A stretch of DNA of 43,081 bases, from the NCBI GenBank assembly GCA_013316395.1, contig WSMU01000003.1, positions 1 through 43,081 on the forward strand. The letters run 5' to 3'. The stretch comes from Alphaproteobacteria bacterium. GTDB lineage: Bacteria; Pseudomonadota; Alphaproteobacteria; Rs-D84. The notes under the pieces were generated by a model. That model was not told the origin of the DNA. It did no database searches and saw only the letters and a list, made by a program, of their open reading frames with translations. The translations under genes were made by a program, and so were the position numbers. Shown here piece by piece: positions 38,769 to 43,081 of the stretch. Every line of letters begins with the position of its first letter. The stretch's first letter is position 1.

Positions 38769-38781
38769 ACGTGCATCTTAT

Positions 38782-38819
38782 AAAAATAACGGGGCCATGT
38801 TGCCCCGTTTTTATTTTTT
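38782..38819. terminator. Bidirectional terminator between rpsK and the inserted Cys-rich gene
   Basis: AAAAATAACGGGGC-CATGTT-GCCCCGTTTTTATTTTT. Confidence 0.75.
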
Positions 38820-39300
38820 AATCACTATAGTAACAGTCGTTTATGTATTGATAAGTGCCGCTCTGGTCCCCCATCTCGATGTCGGCGGGCTGATAGCATT
38901 CGGTAATTACACTTGCGCCCGCAGCGGCGGTTGTGCCATACATGCCGTCCGACACGGGGCAGCGCGTGCATGATGTCCCTTTGCCGTAATAGCCTGTAAA
39001 ACACCGGTATTCGCATAATGCATTTGTTGCTGTTTTTCTGCATCTTATTTGATAATGCATATTGAGGATACTTGTCCATGTGGTCTTGGGACATGCGGCT
39101 GGGCATTCCGCCGGGTCGATTATCGTGCTAATACAGCCTGCCTCGGCGCATGTTTCACTACTGCTGCGACAGCAGGTGGGTTCGCCTGGCTTAATCGGGC
39201 AGTGAACAATGTATATGTTGTCGCAGGTGCGGGCAATGGCATTGTTGGCAAGTATAATGCCAAAGGCGGCTCCGCATAATAAGGTAATCGTTTTTTTCAT
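38818..39300 (-). CDS. Secreted Cys-rich protein, paralogue C
   Basis: Signal peptide from ATG 39300 (MKKTITLL..AIA); CEYRC..GYYGKG..C.RCP...ITECY...DQSG.Y..NDCYYSD module. Confidence 0.8.
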   Translation of the reverse strand: MKKTITLLCGAAFGIILANNAIARTCDNIYIVHCPIKPGEPTCCRSSSETCAEAGCISTIIDPAECPAACPKTTWTSILNMHYQIRCRKTATNALCEYRCFTGYYGKGTSCTRCPVSDGMYGTTAAAGASVITECYQPADIEMGDQSGTYQYINDCYYSD

Positions 39301-39567
39301 GCTTTCAAATCCCTGTCTTTGTGTTAAACAAAATGCCGCCATGGAATTGGCGGCCGGGGATTTCAGAAAATCATAACATAAAATGACCCCGTGGCTTTTG
39401 GATTAAACCTGTTATATAGCCACGGATCCCCGACCGGTTAAAATCGGGTGATATAAAACACACGGCGCATTATTGCGCCGACGCATTTTGTCGGATTCAG
39501 TGCGTATCATCGCACAGTTATGTTATGGGATTTCTGAGGTCCCTGAGCCAACATCCCTGTTGATTCA
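39301..39567 (-). promoter_or_regulatory. Structured 5' leader, copy 2
   Basis: Homologous to 16650..16905 with covarying stems. Confidence 0.8.
39348..39435 (-). ncRNA. Candidate C4/CI-like antisense RNA, copy 2
   Basis: Closing stem GGUCGGGGAU/AUCCCCGGCC followed by GCCA; hairpins CCGUGGCU/AGCCACGG and GGUCAU/AUGAUU; complementary to 39518-39543. Confidence 0.6.
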
Positions 39568-39573
39568 AAAAGA

Positions 39574-39602
39574 AGTATATAAATTGTGTGTGCTTAAGTA
39601 AA
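39574..39602 (-). promoter_or_regulatory. Sigma70 promoter of leader copy 2
   Basis: Minus-strand TTTACT-17 nt-TATACT at a similar position relative to TTGAATC as in copy 1. Confidence 0.55.
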
Positions 39603-39665
39603 GAATAAAAGAGTGGTTTTGGGAATCAAAAGTAAAAAAATTGTATATGCATGGGGCTTAACAGA

Positions 39666-39694
39666 TTGACTTTCTGATATTATTGATATAAGAT
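39666..39694 (+). promoter_or_regulatory. Sigma70 promoter of rpoA
   Basis: TTGACT-17 nt-TAAGAT. Confidence 0.65.
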
Positions 39695-39765
39695 GTTATT
39701 CGCATGAAAAACTCATGCATGCCGAAATGGTGAAAATGATAAACTAAGCCAAATGGAGCAACATC

Positions 39766-40794
39766 ATGATTGAAAAAAATTGGATGACTTTGATTAAGCC
39801 GAAAAAGCTGAATATCAAAGTGGATGAGCATAATCCAAACCTGGCAACATTGGTTGCCGAACCCCTGGAAAAAGGATATGGTTTAACATTGGGTACCGCA
39901 TTGCGTCGCGTATTATTGTCGTCGTTGCAGGGTTGCGCACCTATTTATATCAAGATTGACGGGGTACAACACGAATTTTCTTCGCTGCAGGGTATTCGCG
40001 AAGATGTAACTGATATCATCCTGAACCTGAAGGGTGTTTATTTCAAAGCCCTGACCGAAGGTCAGCACAAGGCCATACTGAAAGTAAAAGGCCCGGCCGT
40101 TGTTACCGCGGGGATGATTGAAACATCCGGCAGCGTTGAGGTTATGAACAAAGATGTTGAAATCTGCACACTGGACAAGGGCGCATCTTTGGATATGGAA
40201 ATAACATTGGCCACAGGTCGTGGTTATGTTCCGGCATCTGCGCATGCAGACGGGCTGCCGCTGGGTGTGATTCCGGTAGATTCTATTTTCTCGCCGATTT
40301 TGAACGTTGCAACAGAAGTTTCTGCAACCCGTGTCGGCCAATCTACGGATTTTGACAAACTGGAACTGACTGTTAAAACAAACGGCAGCGTTTCGCCCGA
40401 AGATGCGATTGCATACGCCGCGCGTATTTTGACAGACCAGTTGGTTGTATTTATCAACTTCGAAGACCCGGCGCAGATTAACGCTCCGACCGAAGAAGAG
40501 AAGGCGAAAGACGCATTGCCGTTTGACCCGAAATTGCTGAAGCATGTTGATGAGCTGGAACTGTCTGTTCGTGCAAATAACTGCCTGAAGAATGACAAGA
40601 TTAACTGGCTGGGTGAACTGGTCCAGAAGACAGAAGCCGATATGCTAAAAACACCGAACTTTGGCCGCAAGTCCTTGAATGAAATCAAGGTTCAATTGGA
40701 GGCCATGGGCCTGGGCTTGGGTATGGAAGTACCGGGCTGGCCGCCGGAAAATATCGCGGAATTGGCGAAAAAATACGAAGACCCTTATAAATAA
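39766..40794 (+). CDS. rpoA: RNA polymerase alpha subunit
   Basis: EPLE.GYG.TLG.ALRR.LLSS, LELSVR..NCL and [12 protein letters not shown] motifs; alphaproteobacterial WPPENI tail. Confidence 0.99.
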   Translation: MIEKNWMTLIKPKKLNIKVDEHNPNLATLVAEPLEKGYGLTLGTALRRVLLSSLQGCAPIYIKIDGVQHEFSSLQGIREDVTDIILNLKGVYFKALTEGQHKAILKVKGPAVVTAGMIETSGSVEVMNKDVEICTLDKGASLDMEITLATGRGYVPASAHADGLPLGVIPVDSIFSPILNVATEVSATRVGQSTDFDKLELTVKTNGSVSPEDAIAYAARILTDQLVVFINFEDPAQINAPTEEEKAKDALPFDPKLLKHVDELELSVRANNCLKNDKINWLGELVQKTEADMLKTPNFGRKSLNEIKVQLEAMGLGLGMEVPGWPPENIAELAKKYEDPYK

Positions 40795-40804
40795 TAGGGT
40801 AGGG

Positions 40805-40835
40805 AAAGCAAGGGTAAAAATCCCTTGCTTTTTTT
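40805..40835 (+). terminator. Intrinsic terminator between rpoA and rplQ
   Basis: AAAGCAAGGG-7 nt-CCCTTGCTTTTTTT. Confidence 0.8.
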
Positions 40836-40947
40836 ATAAAATAATTTAAAATTAACCGGCTGCATATTACTGAAGCTATGTGTTTTAGGGTATGCGAATA
40901 TAACAATCCCCGTATTCGGGGCAGAAACAGATAATAAGGAGTAGTCG

Positions 40948-41457
40948 ATGAGACACGCAAAAGCAGGTCGCACTTTTAATCGCGACACAAATGCACGCAA
41001 GGCATTGTTTGTTGGCCTGGCGAAAAGCTTGATTGAAAAAGAACAGATTAAAACTACATTGCCCAAGGCAAAAGACTTGCGTCGCGTGGTTGAAAAATTG
41101 ATTACCCGTGCAAAGAACGACACTGTTGCAAACCGTCGTTTGACGGCATCTGAACTGGGCAACAGCTCTGAAAAAACAGTTAAGAAGCTGTTTGATGTTT
41201 TGGGCCCGCGCTATGCGCAGCGCCCGGGTGGTTACACACGCGTTTTAAAGGCCGGTTTCCGTTATGGTGATGCGGCACCGATGGCGATTATCGAATTGGT
41301 TGACCGTGATGAAAATGCAAAGAAAGTAGCAGCGCCTGCGGCGGAGACTCCGGTGGCCGAAGAAGTAGCCGAAGCACCGGCGAAAAAAGAAGCCGCAGCA
41401 GAAAAGAAAGCTGCAAAGAAAGAGCCGGCAAAGAAGTCTGCAAAGGCTGCGAAGTAA
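40948..41457 (+). CDS. rplQ: 50S ribosomal protein L17 with Ala/Lys/Glu-rich C-terminal tail
   Basis: MRH, I.TTLPKAK, RPGGYTR and GDAAPMA motifs. Confidence 0.98.
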   Translation: MRHAKAGRTFNRDTNARKALFVGLAKSLIEKEQIKTTLPKAKDLRRVVEKLITRAKNDTVANRRLTASELGNSSEKTVKKLFDVLGPRYAQRPGGYTRVLKAGFRYGDAAPMAIIELVDRDENAKKVAAPAAETPVAEEVAEAPAKKEAAAEKKAAKKEPAKKSAKAAK

Positions 41458-41473
41458 TCGAATAATAGTACCT

Positions 41474-41505
41474 AAAAAGCATCCCCAAACGGGGATGCTT
41501 TTTTT
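41474..41505 (+). terminator. Intrinsic terminator after rplQ
   Basis: AAAAAGCATCCCC-AAAC-GGGGATGCTTTTTTT. Confidence 0.85.
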
Positions 41506-41545
41506 ATTTAATGCATGGCTAATAGCTTCTTAGAGGTGCTTATAT

Positions 41546-41569
41546 AAAAATCCCCCGTTTGGGGGATTT
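41546..41569 (-). terminator. Terminator of the final minus-strand gene
   Basis: AAATCCCCC-GTTT-GGGGGATTT with an A run on the left. Confidence 0.7.
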
Positions 41570-41572
41570 GTT

Positions 41573-43081
41573 TTAGAACTGGGTGTCCGTACAGGTTTCC
41601 ACCGGGTCGGCCCAGGCTTTGCAATACTTGCTGCCGAACAGGGGATTGCCTTTCTTGTTACAATTTTGTGCACGTACACATTTATGACAATTTAGGGTAT
41701 CCCATTCGAATGTCGATGTGATTGTCTCTTTGTAGTTCCACTGGTTCAAGGACTTAGAGCCAATCAGCTCGCGCTGGATGCCGCCATCGGCACCGTTTGC
41801 TTTTCCGCCACCGCTGCTGGCCAGACCTATGCCTGCTATTGTGGCGCCTGCGGCGGCTGCAGCAATTCCGGCTGTAGAAATACTTCCTATACCGGCAATT
41901 GCGAATGTTGACAGCCCTCCTGTAAACGGTATTGCGACCGCAGCGCCGGCAATTGCCACGACCGACAGGATTTTACCAAACGCATTTCCGGGCGGGTTGG
42001 GTGACTTTGGCAGGGCGGATGCATCTGCGAAGTTTATGCAGGCCACACGTGCGATTTCGCGGCGTGCATCCAGCGCGTTTTCGCCGGCGATTTCTGCCAT
42101 ACGCTCGCCAATCGTTGCATAGTCTTTCAGCATCTTTTCATTAAGCTCGTCATACTTTTTATAATAGTTGCCTTTTGCGATTTTTAATGCGGATGTTGCG
42201 ATTATCGTGCGCATTTGCTTAGTAAGCTCCGGGAAGCGGGCCGCATCGGCTGAGCGTTCGCCTATTTTACGACGGGTGTCGCCGCTTTTCATGCCTTGAA
42301 CCTCGCGGCCTGTCATACAGAACTGGACCGTCGGGTCTGCCTCGATTGCTTGGATTGCGGTATCTACATTCTTTTGTAGTACTGCCAGCTCAGAGCGTAT
42401 TTTTTCCTTAGATGCGGCGCTCATATTCTTTGGGGTGTCGATTTTAGTCAGGTATTCGTCAACAGATGACAGGCGGCCGTCGTCGTTAACTTCGACGCTT
42501 TCCCAATATATTGTACCGTCTAAAACGCCAGCGAACGGTGTTATCGGACCCAGGCCAGATTGGGTGGATCCAACAACGCGCCCCAGTTCAGTATCTTGGA
42601 TTTGTGATACGTCTGTGCGGCATCCGGCGTAAGATATATCCAGTGACTCGCCAGAGCTCTTATATTCACAAATCTTATATTCCAGGGATCGCGCACCAAT
42701 ATTCTCATCTACTGCAATACCGTTACAGTCTTCTGTAGAGCCACAGACTTTAATCATTGCTTCATTAGCAGCGTTTTGGCATTGGTTTAAGAAATTGTTA
42801 TCGATATTGAGCATGATACCCTGAACCATAGTAGCGAGTTCGTCGTATACCTTTTGTCCTGTGATATCGACACCTTGTTCTTGATAAACCTTTTGGCAAC
42901 CGACAAGTTTGTCATAGGGGCACATTCTGATAATAGTATCAGTGTCGAGTCCGATACATTGAGTATAATCTGCGCCACATCTGTCATCAGATTGGAGACA
43001 TTCTTTGACTTCGTTAGTACAGCTATCGACTCTCATTGCGGACAGTCTGGCATATACGTAATCTAATATTAAGGGCTCGGC
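41573..43081 (-). CDS. Large Cys-containing hypothetical protein with a hydrophobic hairpin, 5'-truncated by the window
   Basis: Frame remains open to the window end; many Cys; AIPFTGGLS-containing Gly/Ala hydrophobic stretch near the C-terminus. Confidence 0.75.
   Translation of the reverse strand, partial: AEPLILDYVYARLSAMRVDSCTNEVKECLQSDDRCGADYTQCIGLDTDTIIRMCPYDKLVGCQKVYQEQGVDITGQKVYDELATMVQGIMLNIDNNFLNQCQNAANEAMIKVCGSTEDCNGIAVDENIGARSLEYKICEYKSSGESLDISYAGCRTDVSQIQDTELGRVVGSTQSGLGPITPFAGVLDGTIYWESVEVNDDGRLSSVDEYLTKIDTPKNMSAASKEKIRSELAVLQKNVDTAIQAIEADPTVQFCMTGREVQGMKSGDTRRKIGERSADAARFPELTKQMRTIIATSALKIAKGNYYKKYDELNEKMLKDYATIGERMAEIAGENALDARREIARVACINFADASALPKSPNPPGNAFGKILSVVAIAGAAVAIPFTGGLSTFAIAGIGSISTAGIAAAAAGATIAGIGLASSGGGKANGADGGIQRELIGSKSLNQWNYKETITSTFEWDTLNCHKCVRAQNCNKKGNPLFGSKYCKAWADPVETCTDTQF

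Noticed and set aside
41320-41457. Ala/Lys/Glu-rich tail of L17 as a novel fusion
   Set aside because: Low-complexity C-terminal extensions of L17 are common in several phyla.
21456-41488. Many long antisense ORFs over ribosomal genes (e.g. 31152..32198, 28007..28816, 37089..37979)
   Set aside because: Shadow ORFs produced by codon bias of highly conserved sense genes; no protein-like features.
1-43081. CRISPR array or rRNA genes
   Set aside because: No regularly spaced repeats with unique spacers and no rRNA signatures were seen.

Overview
Bacterial chromosome window that looks like a divergent, probably host-associated alphaproteobacterium. This is inferred from the r-protein, RpoA and SecY sequences; the accessory gene types resemble the Rs-D84/'Ca. 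Enterousia' group, which I have not verified. 1-9.6 kb: an array of five fibre/adhesin-like genes (signal peptides visible in the four complete ones), yqaA and rbfA. An exact 2830-bp tandem duplication here (3701-6530 = 6531-9360) creates an in-frame rbfA::fibre chimera. 9.6-21 kb: GNAT, lepA, an intact but catalytically dead integrase-like gene, acpP-fabF, two convergent Cys-rich secreted-protein genes, an acyl-CoA synthetase, tRNA-Pro(CGG) with a duplicated 3' end, mltG and an outer-membrane barrel. 21.5-41.5 kb: the str-S10-spc-alpha ribosomal cluster, interrupted by an orphan ORF (rplO/secY) and by a third Cys-rich gene (rpsK/rpoA). Top finding: two Cys-rich genes 22 kb apart carry homologous ~260-nt leaders with compensatory base changes. 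Each leader has a promoter, a 5' GGA hairpin, a target site, an ~85-nt phage C4/CI-like antisense RNA ending in RCCA, a terminator and anti-SD complementarity. The antisense/target sequences are copy-specific, so this is a candidate undescribed RNA-based control system for a variable surface-protein family.
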